Part shown: piece after piece, positions 13,195 to 24,865 of the stretch | How positions within the stretch are numbered: position 1 is the stretch's first letter | How the letters are laid out: each line of letters begins with the position of its first letter | Assembly (NCBI GenBank): GCA_028534125.1 | Contig: CM052816.1 | Span: 23,376,001 to 23,440,000, forward strand | Reading direction: 5' to 3' | DNA: 64,000 nucleotides | From: Lama glama | Lineage: Eukaryota | The notes under the pieces: generated by a model | The model's database searches: none | Seen by the model: the letters and a program-made list of their open reading frames with translations, nothing else | What the model was told of the DNA's origin: nothing | Position numbers and translations under genes: made by a program

Positions 13195-13400
13195 AAATGA
13201 GCATTTAGCTTTGGAATCCGACAGACTGGATATCCACCATTTATTAATTCTGCACTTGGAAACTAACACCACTTGTCAGTCTTAGTTTCCTCATTTGTAA
13301 AATGAATACCAGTATACCACCTGCTTTCCAGAGTTGCTGATGATCACAATGGTAAAAATTTTAGCACAAAAATTCATATAAATAACTCAATAAATAAAAT
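13195..13400 (+). mobile_element. MIR SINE
   Basis: gctttggaatccgacagactgg...tcttagtttcctcatttgtaaaatg...ttagcaca...ctcaataaat. Confidence 0.75.
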
Positions 13401-13569
13401 ATATCATGATCTTCCCTTTTGAAACCAGTGACAAAATAAATGCCTGCTTGCAAGAAGTGCCTGAGGGGACTGCCCCACACATCCTCGGGTCAGGCAGGTG
13501 CCCCTAATAACTAAAACTATGCATGAGTTACAAAGAAATTGGCTCTGCCATCAGAACCATACAGAAGTT

Positions 13570-14740
13570 ATGACCTTAGCGTAGTAGATTCCTCAAACAG
13601 GGTCAAATAAAAGCAGTAACCACAAATAGACATATTTATAAATTTAATTGTATAAAAATGTAAAATTTCTGTTCATGAAAACATGGCATTATCAGAATGA
13701 AAAGCATCCAACCAAGTGGGAGAAGATATTTACAGTACTTTTCCATAATAAAGAAATAAAAAGCCACTCTAATAGCACAGGGAACTATACCGAATTTCTT
13801 GTAATAATATATAATGGGAAAGAATCTGAAAAGAAAATATATATGTATGTATGTGTATAACTAAATCACTTTGTTATACACCTGAAACTAACATTGTAAA
13901 TTAACTACCTCAATAAAAATAAAATTTTAAAAAGTTAAAAATTAAAAAGCTACTCTAAATCAATGACAGATAACGCAAATGAAATAGTGGCTGCAAACTG
14001 GAGTAGCTGTTTCTCAAAAAAGGAGATCCAAATGGCTTATAGCATACAAGGTGCTCAATCTCATTAGCCTTTAGGGAAATGCAAATTAAACTGAAATAAA
14101 TAAATTAAAATCCCTAGAACAGCTAAAATAAAGAGATGATTTTATGAGCGTCCACAAGAATGAGAGGACAACTGGAAGTCCCATACTCACACATGCTGGG
14201 CATTTAAACCAGGATAAACACTTTAAAAAAACTGGTTGGCAGTATCTCTTAGGGCTGAACAACTGTACATCTAATGCTCAACAATCTAAAGTACATACTC
14301 TTCAGAAATGCATGCAAGTTACATGTAAAATTATTCACAGCAGCACTATTCTTAACAGTTCAACTAACCCTCAATAGTATGGATGGATAAAGAAATGAAA
14401 ATGAACCAGCTACTTCAACGAGTGAAAAAATGGATGAGCCTCACAAACTTAATGCTGAGCAAGAGAAGCCAATTACAAAAGAGTCGGTAGTGCACGATTC
14501 CATTTATGGAAACATCAAAAACTGGGAAGACGTGATGTCACAAATCAGGACAGTAACTATCTTGGGGTTAGAGAAGTTAGTGTCTAGGAGTGGGCACAAG
14601 GGGAATAGCTATGGCGCTGATAATTTCTATATTTTGATCTGGGTGGTAACTACACAGTCATGCTCATTTTGAGAAAAATCAGTACCTAGACACATCATTT
14701 GTACAACTTTCTGTGTGCATCTGGTGCTTCAATAATTAAT
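13570..14740 (+). mobile_element. Old LINE-1 (L1MC/ME-type) ORF2 end and 3' UTR, interrupted by a younger L1
   Basis: Degenerate ORF2 C-terminal remnants (tgggagaagatattt; tagggaaatgcaaattaaa) and 3' UTR (gattccatttatggaa; ttttgatctgggtggt). Confidence 0.7.
13773..13943 (+). mobile_element. 5'-truncated younger L1 3' end with TSD
   Basis: tagcacagggaactata...aacattgtaaattaactacctcaataaaa. TSD aaaaagccactctaa (13758-13772) / aaaaagctactctaa (13944-13958). Confidence 0.85.
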
Positions 14741-16829
14741 TTATGGTTTTAACAGCTTTATTGAGGGGTAACTTACATGCCATAATAAGTAGCCATTTAA
14801 GTGTACAATTCAATTAGTTTTAACAAATTTCTACAGCTCTGCAATTATTTCCACAATCCATTATTAATCCAGCTATCACCTGTTCTTCTTACCATTTACC
14901 AAAATTCTGTAGATGTCACTAAATTGCTATCATCTTTTTCCCCAAACCTTGTGCTAGTTGCTGACATCTTTTATAATTCTTTTCTATAATTTTAGTGGAT
15001 TTCCTGGAAGTAAATGTGTGTTTAATGGAATCCCATGGATGTAAATTTATGTGTCTATTTTGTCATATTTCCACAGACATCTTCAACTTTCTATTGAATT
15101 TGGAGGTATGTATTCTCATAGTTCTAGTCCATCATCTTGGCTTCTGATAAATTCATTTTCTTAAGTCTTGTTCCAGGTACTTTGACTTTGGCTTGCCAGT
15201 TCAATTTAATTCTATTCTATTCTATTTTACTACCATTTCCACCTAATTTGCCCTCTAATACCTTTTCATTATACCAGGATTAATTCAGCTCTTGATTTCT
15301 TGAACTACTGTGTCCCTTCTATTACCAACTTCTAAACCCAACTGAGTTAGCTCTGAGCTCTGACACGAACTGTATCCCACCATGATTTCTACAATCTTCA
15401 TTGTTCTCCGATATCTCCACCAATTACAGTTTCTCATTTTTTTTCTCACAGAGACACAAACTAAAAATCTATTTAACAAATAGTTTTAGCCAAATGTCAA
15501 GTAGAGTCAGTTAACTAAGTTAACCAAAATGTTATGAAAATAATTGCAAAGACACTTTATTTAACAAAAAAATAAATATTATATCATGAAAGAAGAAAAT
15601 GCAAAAGGACAAAAAACAGCAGCAGTCATCTGCAACAGAATCACTGTGGTTAAAAGTAATCCATATTTAGTACCAGCAGTTGATACTAAAGACCTTGATG
15701 AAGGACAACAAAAGAAACTGGTTTTATTAGTACATTGAGACTGACAACAGAAATGAATTTTGTAGTTTTTCTGATTGTAATCTCCATTTCAGGGTGTACA
15801 TATGGAAGAAGACATGCCCATGGAGGAGACAGAGATGTAAGAAAAATAAAACGAGAGCTAATACGAAACCAAAGGGATAGTCATAAAATGAGTGGCTTTT
15901 CAACCTTCTCAAGAGTGATAAACAGACCACATAAAGGAGAGAGAGAAAAGTTTGTTATGTTTATTGCCCCAGCTAATGACAGCTGTGTTGGCCCCAAACT
16001 GTCAGTGTGCTACATCCTTATCTGCATGTTATATTTAAACAGACTATTTGGAATATTTTAGATTTCTTAAGAATCTCAATGTCATGGTTGTTTGACTCCA
16101 TCCTACAAGTTAGCTGTTACATGTGAAAATCATGCACATTGAGGTCATCTTCTGAAGTTGCTTCCTTTGATGTCTTCATTGTCCACATCAACCGTGCTGA
16201 GCTCATTCTTCATGTCTTCAGTCTTGAGGCCATTTTCTACCCACAGGTGTGTATAAAAACAAAAGAGTGGATACCACGCACTTCCAGTTAAAGACGACAT
16301 TTTTAAATGTGTTGTCACCGATGCTCAGTATGTGCTCCCCGTAATATGCTCCACAGCAATTCTGCATGGCATATGGAAACCTTTTCAGTGGCGGTCTGGT
16401 TAAGTCAGCTCTCAGAGCAGAGATGGTCTCCATATCCTGCTTGAATAGACTGGTCTTCTTCAGTTCCATAAATCTTCTTCTTGTTCCCAGAGTCCTGGAC
16501 ATACTCCTAAGTTTATACTAAAATGTCAAGGCATATATATTGGTTGATAATGTTACCTGTCTGCTTACAATCTTAAGGACCATGTTTTGCCTTCCAGATA
16601 AAATCCTTATCACCATGGCACCCAAGCCCACTCATTATCTCGTCCAAGACCACTTTTCCCAGTTGCATCTCATGTCCACACTGCAGACGCTGGCTTCAGC
16701 TCCCCAGCTGGTACTTTCTCCTGCTTTTATACATTTGTATGTATTGTTCTTTGGCCTGAAATGCACTTTCCCTGTCTAACAATATCTTCACGTATGTTTT
16801 TCATTTTCACATATAATCTAATTTAATTT

Positions 16830-16990
16830 TGAAATAGCACTGAGGTTTGGGCATCACTGTGCCCATTTTGTATACTGTAAATGGAGCTTTGGAGAGATCA
16901 AGTAAGTTTTCCAAAGTCACACAGCTAGGACATAACAGCATAAGGATGTGAATACAGGCAGTCTGACCCCAAAGTCCATTTTCTTAACCT
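16830..16990 (-). mobile_element. MIR SINE
   Basis: cccattttgtata...ccaaagtcacacagctag...aggcagtctgaccccaaagtcc. Confidence 0.7.
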
Positions 16991-19442
16991 GCACACTCTG
17001 TTTCCTTTCCTCCCTACAGTCTGGATACGTGTGGCTAGATCTTTGAGGCTGATCCCATTACATGAGAAGCTTAGAATCTTGGGTACTAAGTTTCATAGCT
17101 CCATATAATTGTCATATAATTGTCAACTGTCATATAATTACTTGTCGTATAATTACTCACTTACCAGTTTGTCTAAAATAATACATTGGTCACCTCTTGA
17201 GAATAAGAGCTGTGTCACTTAGCTCCACCTCCCTGTGTGATGACTGGTTCTGCGTATGTTGTGAATGAAGAAGTTAAGGTTCAGAAGTTCAAGGGAAGTG
17301 AAGGAGAGTCTGCAGCTGAAGGGAGACTGAAGCTGGGCCTTGAACCCAGGGCCTCCGACTCTCAGCCTTACGTGCCCTTCTTTCCTCTGTATTGTCTTCT
17401 CAGAAAAGGACACAACAAAGTCATCCTAAACTATAAAAGTGCCTGTTCAGACAAAATATTTACGTACTCAATACATATAAACCTATGGCATTAAAATGAT
17501 GATGGGGAATAGGACAAAGCCCAAGTTGAATCCAAGTCAACTTTATGTTCTTGTTGTGCAAAGGCAAATGCAGTTACATTATCCAAATTTGAATCATGTT
17601 CTTAATAGGTTAATGCATTACCTGAAGAAGGGAAGAACTACGATTAGACATATCAGTTTAATTAAGTAAATGATATTTTATATCATGGATTGCTGATTTT
17701 AAAATGATTTTTCAAATTCCACATCCTTAAAAAGCATCAGAACAGGTAAGTTCAGTAAAGCATCCAACTGATGACAGGCTAGCACTCCTTGTGCGCAAGC
17801 GCTCAGTACAAACAATTAGTATGTAACAGTCACGCCTCAAAAAAATTAAACTTCATCAACAACATGTGTAAAATACGTACCGTGTATTTATGCGTTAAAA
17901 ACTTATCAAAATTAAGAATTTTCTAGAAACCATTCGTCCATGCATAAAGGCACACAAAGCCTGCTTTATGTCATCCGTGCACATGAGGAATTAGAACAGC
18001 TGGAACTTGCTATGATTCGAAAGTTGCACAGCGCAGATTTGCAGTATAACTCAACACAAGGCAACCGCCTTAAATGGACTAAATCCAAGTTGCTGCTGTT
18101 TTCATTTCATGATACAAAAGCCTTTCTTTTGCTTGTTTGTAATGCTACAACTTTAATTCAGCTGTTTTTTAACTTCATTGTGTCTATAGTTGTTCGAATA
18201 AAGAAGAGAGATGTGTCTTATTTAAAATGACTTGATCATGTATGTTGAACAGTGTAACAGAGACAGATTCACTTAACCACTTTTGAAGATAATTCCCATA
18301 CAGACTGGTACATCGAAACAGAAACATATTGAAACTCTTTCTGAATCTGAACATCCCAGACAACAGGTGACACGAACATCCCATGGCCTCTGCAAATGTT
18401 ACTTGTTATCACAATTTTCATACCTAAACCAGCCTCAAATACCATAACCAACTTCAGAACTGATATCTTGCCACTAACTACACTAACACTTAATTTCAAG
18501 TCTTCAAGTCAAATTTTAAAGTCTTTACAGCAAAAATTCTTCAATAAGTTCTCACTGCCTCAGACTCAAAATGGAAATATTTCTCCTTCAGTGCATATGC
18601 ACTGGGATGTCTGGATTAGATGTCCCAACACTTCACCTAGGGAAACCACTGAACGTTGGCTATAACTTTCCGGTCCTACTTATGCAATAGAAATCATTCA
18701 TTTTCCTTACCGCTCTTGTTAATGCCACAGATCTCTGCCAAAGGAAGTAAAGAAGTGTACAAAACAGTCATCCATTTTATTTCTGTGAGGAACTGGCAGA
18801 CACACAGAGACTAGGATTTGATGGTTGGGAATGTTTATAAGCCTCTGAAACTTCCAGATTTCAGGTATTCTGACACTGAGAATAAAATTCAAAGAAGTAA
18901 ATCTTGACTCTTCCATTTGTTCCTCTGCTAATTTAAACCTTCAAGATGGTTTTTACTTGAGTCAAATTAAAAAAAAAAAAGAAGAAGAAGGAAAAGATGC
19001 TTCTGGTCAAAGTAAAGAGATCTCTGTGATGTTCTCATAGAGGTGGACTAAAATAAGACCATGAGCTCACAGTATTCAGTTTCATGGCATCTGGAATTCT
19101 CTCTGTGTCATTTCTATTCCAGTGAGGTGAACAGTATCCCATGAGAACACTTCACAGTTCAGGAGAGATACAGAGCATGTAATATATTAGCATCTGAAGT
19201 TCTTTTGGGTTTCTATTTTGTGATATTAAAATGTACAATAGTACATTTTTTAGAAAACTAAAAAAGAAGTCTAAAAACTGTATGTAACTGTCATTAGCCA
19301 AGAGAAATGCCACATTATAAAAAAGATAAAGCTGCTGGATGAATGGACAGATAAGGAGGGAGGCAAGGAGGGAAGGGAGAATTTTTACAGGATTCATCTC
19401 ACATTGCGTATTTAGTTAAATCCTTTCAGGAGAAGGCATTAC

Positions 19443-19608
19443 CTGAAATGATACCACAGTAATGACTGTGAGGAGCTGACTTCTCTGTGACTTTTTCCTC
19501 CATGGACCTTTTCTGCCTATATACACGGTGTGGGTGACCCGTTATGGCCATTGTATCATTGAGTGGTTCAATAAACATGAAGTCTTCATTAAGCTGTATA
19601 AATCCCAT
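19443..19608 (-). CDS. ADAMTS19: ADAMTS19 putative exon 3 (end of prodomain, RQKR furin-type site)
   Basis: MGFIQLNEDFMFIEPLNDTMAITGHPHRVYRQKRSMEEKVTEKSAPHSHYCGIIS. Acceptor ttccag|ATG, donor TCAG|gtaatg. 166 nt, phase 0 to 1, in frame with both neighbours. Confidence 0.96.
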
Positions 19609-22600
19609 CTGGAATATACAACATAAAAAGATATGGATGAAATACCATTCGAATAAGTTACTTTCTAGGTTCTCCCACTCACACTCTATCTTCTTCCACA
19701 TATGTGCACACATGTTTCTAGTGAAGCTCTTTGAGCAACCCCACGAAGAAGGTAACTGTCTTCCCACTTTATTATTCATCTTCATGTACTTTATTGCACT
19801 AGCATAAACTTAATTTAGTTATTCTTAGCCCTGTGTGGGTGGGAGGCTGGATGCCAGCAACAGATGCACAGTAAAAATTCTGGAATGTTAAAGGCTCACT
19901 TTGGGAGACCCATGGGGTCACTTACACGTACAGCATGTACAGAAGGGCAATAGAGTTTTTAATTGCATACGCCACACAGTCCAACTTTTTGACAATCATT
20001 ACTCAATAAAGTAATTCATGTAACATGTCACAGTAAATGGAGGCTATACAGCATTAAAGTTATTATATAAAATATTCTTAAAGCCTCTTACTAAACATTT
20101 TTTAAAACCCTTGACTAATAAATTACAGAGAAAAATGAAGGATCACTTATATAAACAAGTTTCATTGCATACAATGCCATGTTTTTAAAGTCAGCCAGTT
20201 GTGGGCAGAGGGCTAATAACTGTAAAACATGGTTATGATCAACAAAAAGAACTTTTCAAAAGCAAATATTCTTTTATTATATTGAAGCTAAGTCTACTCA
20301 TTTCTTCCCTTCCTTTTTTAGAATATAAATTTGCATTATAACTAGGAAAATATTCCACGTGGAAGAATATATGACTTGATCTTCTCAATTTTTATTATTT
20401 TACTCTACTGAAATATATATAAAAACATTTATTTGATCTTTACACTGTTAACTCTTTAGTAAACATTTCTGAAGAAATAATCGCCTAGAACTGCACGATT
20501 CACACTTTGCTAATGTCAAAGTTTAAAACACTGTTTTGCATTAGCTACATGAACATTATATACAGTTCATTTTAACTTGATCCACATGCAATTAGCGTAG
20601 TAATATAATAACTTCTTCAGCTATAGTAATTCTTTCAAACGGAATATGAAAAAAAAATCTACGCTCAAAAACAAAATATTTTCCTTAGAAGCAAAAAAGT
20701 TTTTAAATTTTGTTTTGTTTTAATTACTAAAGTGTATTGCATCTTCTGTATGGAAAACCAGGTGATTCCCAGTATGCTACCTCATTTTATTCTGTACAGA
20801 ATTGTCACTATAAGATATCTGAAGAATAATCTTAAAATCCGCATCCATTTCCTTTTACTGAAGTGTTGATATCACTCATAAAACTCCCAACCACTAGAAT
20901 AGCAGCTCCACCACCTGTTTGTCCCCTCCCTCTCTGTCTCTTCCCCCCTCTTCCTCGCCTTCCCAGTCTCCCCTTCTCCCCGCCTCTCTCTCGACACACA
21001 CACACACCATTTGTAGGTGGGGGTAAAGCAAAGATTTACTCTGATGATTCTTTTCAAATATCACACATGTATATATTTGAACCATTTTTGTGTATGACTT
21101 CTAATGATGTTTCCATTCTCTCAAATGTAAAACTGGCTTGAACTTTAAACTAATTACATGAAAGTCAAAAAATTTTCCCTAGAGCCTAGTTTTATGAGAA
21201 TAAAATATCAAATACTTAAAAATGTAAATAATAATCATTAAAAAAGTTGTACATCTATCTATGTATGGACTGAGGATAAGTGGTGTCACACTATTTATCA
21301 CTAATCCAAAGTGTGAAAATACATAAATGTTTCTCTTGTCATATATTAGTGTGGTTCTGATGTTGAATTAGCAGTCAGGGCCGTTAACAGAACTGACAGT
21401 GTGGCTGATGACTAAAACATTTATTGCTACGATTCTCGGTTTCCCTAAATCATAAGTTTACAATCTGATACATTCTTTCAACAGGTTTTAAGTATGGTAC
21501 GATTTATAACAATAAACATTATAAAATTTAATTGCATACTATCATGTAAAATTTAATGACCTCAAGAACAGATTCTGGACTTAAGATTATTTGGGTTCAT
21601 AACCTACTACTAGCATGCAACTATGAGAAAGTTACAGTGCTTTATACAACAGCTTCACAGGGTTGTTTGGAAGGCTTTTTAAAAGCACTTTTAGGACCTG
21701 TAATGCTCCTATCATAGAATCTGATATGGGGTAACCCCTCAATAAATGTTCGTCGTAAATTTTATTTTATTAATAAGGATAATCTTAACAAATGTAATCA
21801 GCCAAACATTTGAGAGTGAACTAAAGGGCTCAGAGGCCAAAGGATTAAAATTTATTCATCTTTGTAACCCCATGCTAGCATATTAAATATAGTGTGAAAT
21901 AAAGATGAATTTTTTTTAGTTACAATCCAGAAACCTCTTCATAACATAGAGCTCCCTGTTGTGTTAGGATTTTATCTATACATGTTTTTAAAAATAAGAA
22001 GGCTACTTTTAAAAAGGAGAAAAATGTTGGAATAATTATAAACGAGGACTCATTCATTCAATACGTATTTCCCGGCTGACCGCAGCGTGCCAGACTCAGC
22101 TCACTCGGGGGCACATTTAGCATCAAGTGCTCAGGTTCCCTTCGGGGAAGGGCTTCTCTCTGAGACCAGGATACTGTCCTGCAGCACAGGAAGTGCTCTA
22201 GCTTGAGTTGGTATCTTTCAAGCAGAACTGCAGGAAATCTTGAGGTTTTCTGTCCCCACCAAGGGCTCACTTGTTCCACTAACAACATGGGCTGTTCTAC
22301 CTGCGCTGTGAATTTACAAGCGCTGAAAGAACATAAAGGCATATTCACCTCTCTTTACAAGTAAGCGCTCCCGTGTTTGACAATCCAGTTAGGCAGCATT
22401 CACTTTAGTGCGAGTATTGCCCTTCCAATTTTAGAAGGAAAGAACGTTAATTAATCGTGATTTAATGTGGCACAATACAGTCTCTAAAATAAATGCAAAC
22501 TATATAAGCACTGTCTCCCAGACTGCCCTATTTAGATTTTTCAAAGTGATTTTAACAATTTTGAGACACGTCGTGCAAACATTTCAAAATGAAATGAATT

Positions 22601-23694
22601 TAACAGTTGCTCCCTACCTCGTTTCTGTCATCGTGTGCATTTTCTCAGATGATGGCATCTGCTCTGTTGTCATGGAACGTTATTCTTTGATTTGACAGTT
22701 TAGCAAACACGTCAGTATTTTGCAAATTTACCACGGCTTATGTGAGAATAAGTTACCAGTCATTTCTTGTCTTACTGGTTCTGATATTTCACTTTCTCTC
22801 TATTTAGATGCTCACGTGCTTTTTAAAACAGCCATGAACCCTGATCTCCCAGTAGGTGTACCGACCCCGCCACCAACTCCTAATCACAACCTGAAATTTG
22901 ATTTGGCCAAATGTGCATGAATTTTTCAATTCACGGCTTCAATTCACCGAATACAAATGTTTCATTTGTTCAAACTCAGATTAACTATGATCTTTTACAT
23001 AGAGAAAGAGATTCTAAAGTCCTAACATAAGCATTAATAAAATGTAACTTAAAAAATGAGAAAGCAACATGGCTCTCTCCAGCCCTGTTCCCACGCCTGC
23101 TTCACTTGCACTGCCTCACGTCCTGTTCCCTCAAAGAGCGGATGCACGACTATCATTACCACAAGTTTTCTTTTCATTCTTCCATGCTCCTTTCTGGAAA
23201 CTGTCTTCATTTTCCAGAACCTTGGTTTTCTAAGTAAACTCTCAGCGGATTAGCTGAAGGGTCTGTATCTGAGGCTCAAACTGCATCTTGTGAGGGTCTT
23301 TAATAATATCCTATTTTTAAAAATATATAGCATATCACAAGAAGTAAATAGCATAAGTGTGAGGTAGATCTTAGTAATTTCGGGCTGTGAGAAGACTCTG
23401 GAGGGACAGCAAAACATGGATAAAACTAGGCTGAAGTGCTCCTCGTGAGAGGAGGCATTGGGAGCGAGGACAACGAGGAAGTGGAATCTAGGAAAAGGTT
23501 TAAGAAGATGCCTGGCTTGAATAGAGAAATGAGGAAATGTAGCCAAAAATTAAGGTAAACCAACATAACTGAAAACATGAAATGGTAAAGTTCTTGACAG
23601 GAAAAGGGAAGTCAATGTCCTGAAGGTCTGTGGATGATCAGGCTACTGTCTGACCATAAAGTGTACTAGGAAATACCTGAGATACTAGAAGAAG

Positions 23695-23955
23695 CAAGGG
23701 TGGGACTGGAGGGAAAAACTGGGAGTTTGGGATTTGCAGATACTAACCACTATATAGAAAATAGATAAACAGCAAGGTCCTACTGTAGAGTACAGGGAAC
23801 TATATTCAATAACTTGTAATAGCCTGTTATGAAAAAGAATATGAAAAGGAATAAACATATATATGTAATAACTGAATCATTATGCTGTATACCAGAAATT
23901 AACACAACATGGTAAACTGGCTATACTTCAGTAAAAAATAAAATAAAATAAAATA
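23695..23955 (+). mobile_element. 5'-truncated L1 3' UTR
   Basis: tgggagtttgggatttgcagatactaac...tacagggaactatattcaa...acacaacatggtaaactggctatacttcagt plus (taaaa)n tail. Highly similar to 46750-46990. Confidence 0.85.
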
Positions 23956-24369
23956 GCAGGAACAGAAGTTACTGAAAGGATCTGGCATCAGTCTATTGCT
24001 TGTAAAAACATTTTCAATAGATGACTGATACTCTACACAAACTGAACTTCTATTTAAGTTTGGCTGTATTTTCACATGTATTCTCTTGAATGGTAATATT
24101 ATAGTATATATCACACTAACTAAAGTGTATAGCTTAAAATGTAAGCATAATATAGGGATTGACATAAATTACAATACTGTAAGTTTATTTCATGCTTTAT
24201 TCAAATAAAACATCATTTTCAATATTACTGTAATTAGGAGTGATTTTTCACACCTTTGTGTATTGCATACATACACATAAAGCTGTAGGAAAACACACTT
24301 CTGACACCATACCTGTCCTATTATTGTATCACACTGAAGTACGCTTCCTGACTCAGTCTTTTCAAGGTT

Positions 24370-24865
24370 TCCCCTTTGCGCCCGTGAGGATAAACCCCAA
24401 ACCCTTAAAGAGGACATATAAGGTATAAGGTCATGATAAACTCTTGCCTACCACTCCAACTTTATCTTTGCTACCTACACTTCACAGATAACCATAACAA
24501 ACGTTTTTATTGTGTGAACAAATTTTATATTTTAACTGATTTCAGAATAACTTTCAGCTGCATGGTCACACCTCGGTACACCGCACATGCTGTTTTCTCT
24601 TTTCCAGAAAGTCACGGTACATAGAGTTATCATTTCTTCAATATCAAGCCAACTCTGTCCTCTCTTCAAAGTGACCACTGCCTCCCCCGTCCACTTCTGT
24701 AGCTTTGCCGTGACCGCACTATAAAGCCCATGGTGAATGCTGTTTTCGTGACTCTCTAGACCGTGAGCTACTTCAGGAAAGACTTGGGGTGCAGTGCTCC
24801 TCATCACACCCCCACTGCACAAGGCTGGTACACAGCAGGTGCTTGAGAATGCTGCTTTGAACTCA
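24370..24865 (+). mobile_element. L2 LINE 3' end, degenerate
   Basis: ctagaccgtgagctacttcaggaaagac...ctggtacacagcaggtgcttgagaatg resembles the L2 3' terminus. Confidence 0.6.

Noticed and set aside
15735..16061. ORF resembling a secreted peptide precursor (hydrophobic stretch then GRR/KR)
   Set aside because: It is an intronic antisense ORF with no recognisable homolog, splice structure or promoter. Such ORFs arise by chance.
18589..18604. Perfect 16-bp palindrome cagtgcatatgcactg
   Set aside because: About one is expected by chance in 64 kb (64000/4^8), and there is no supporting context.
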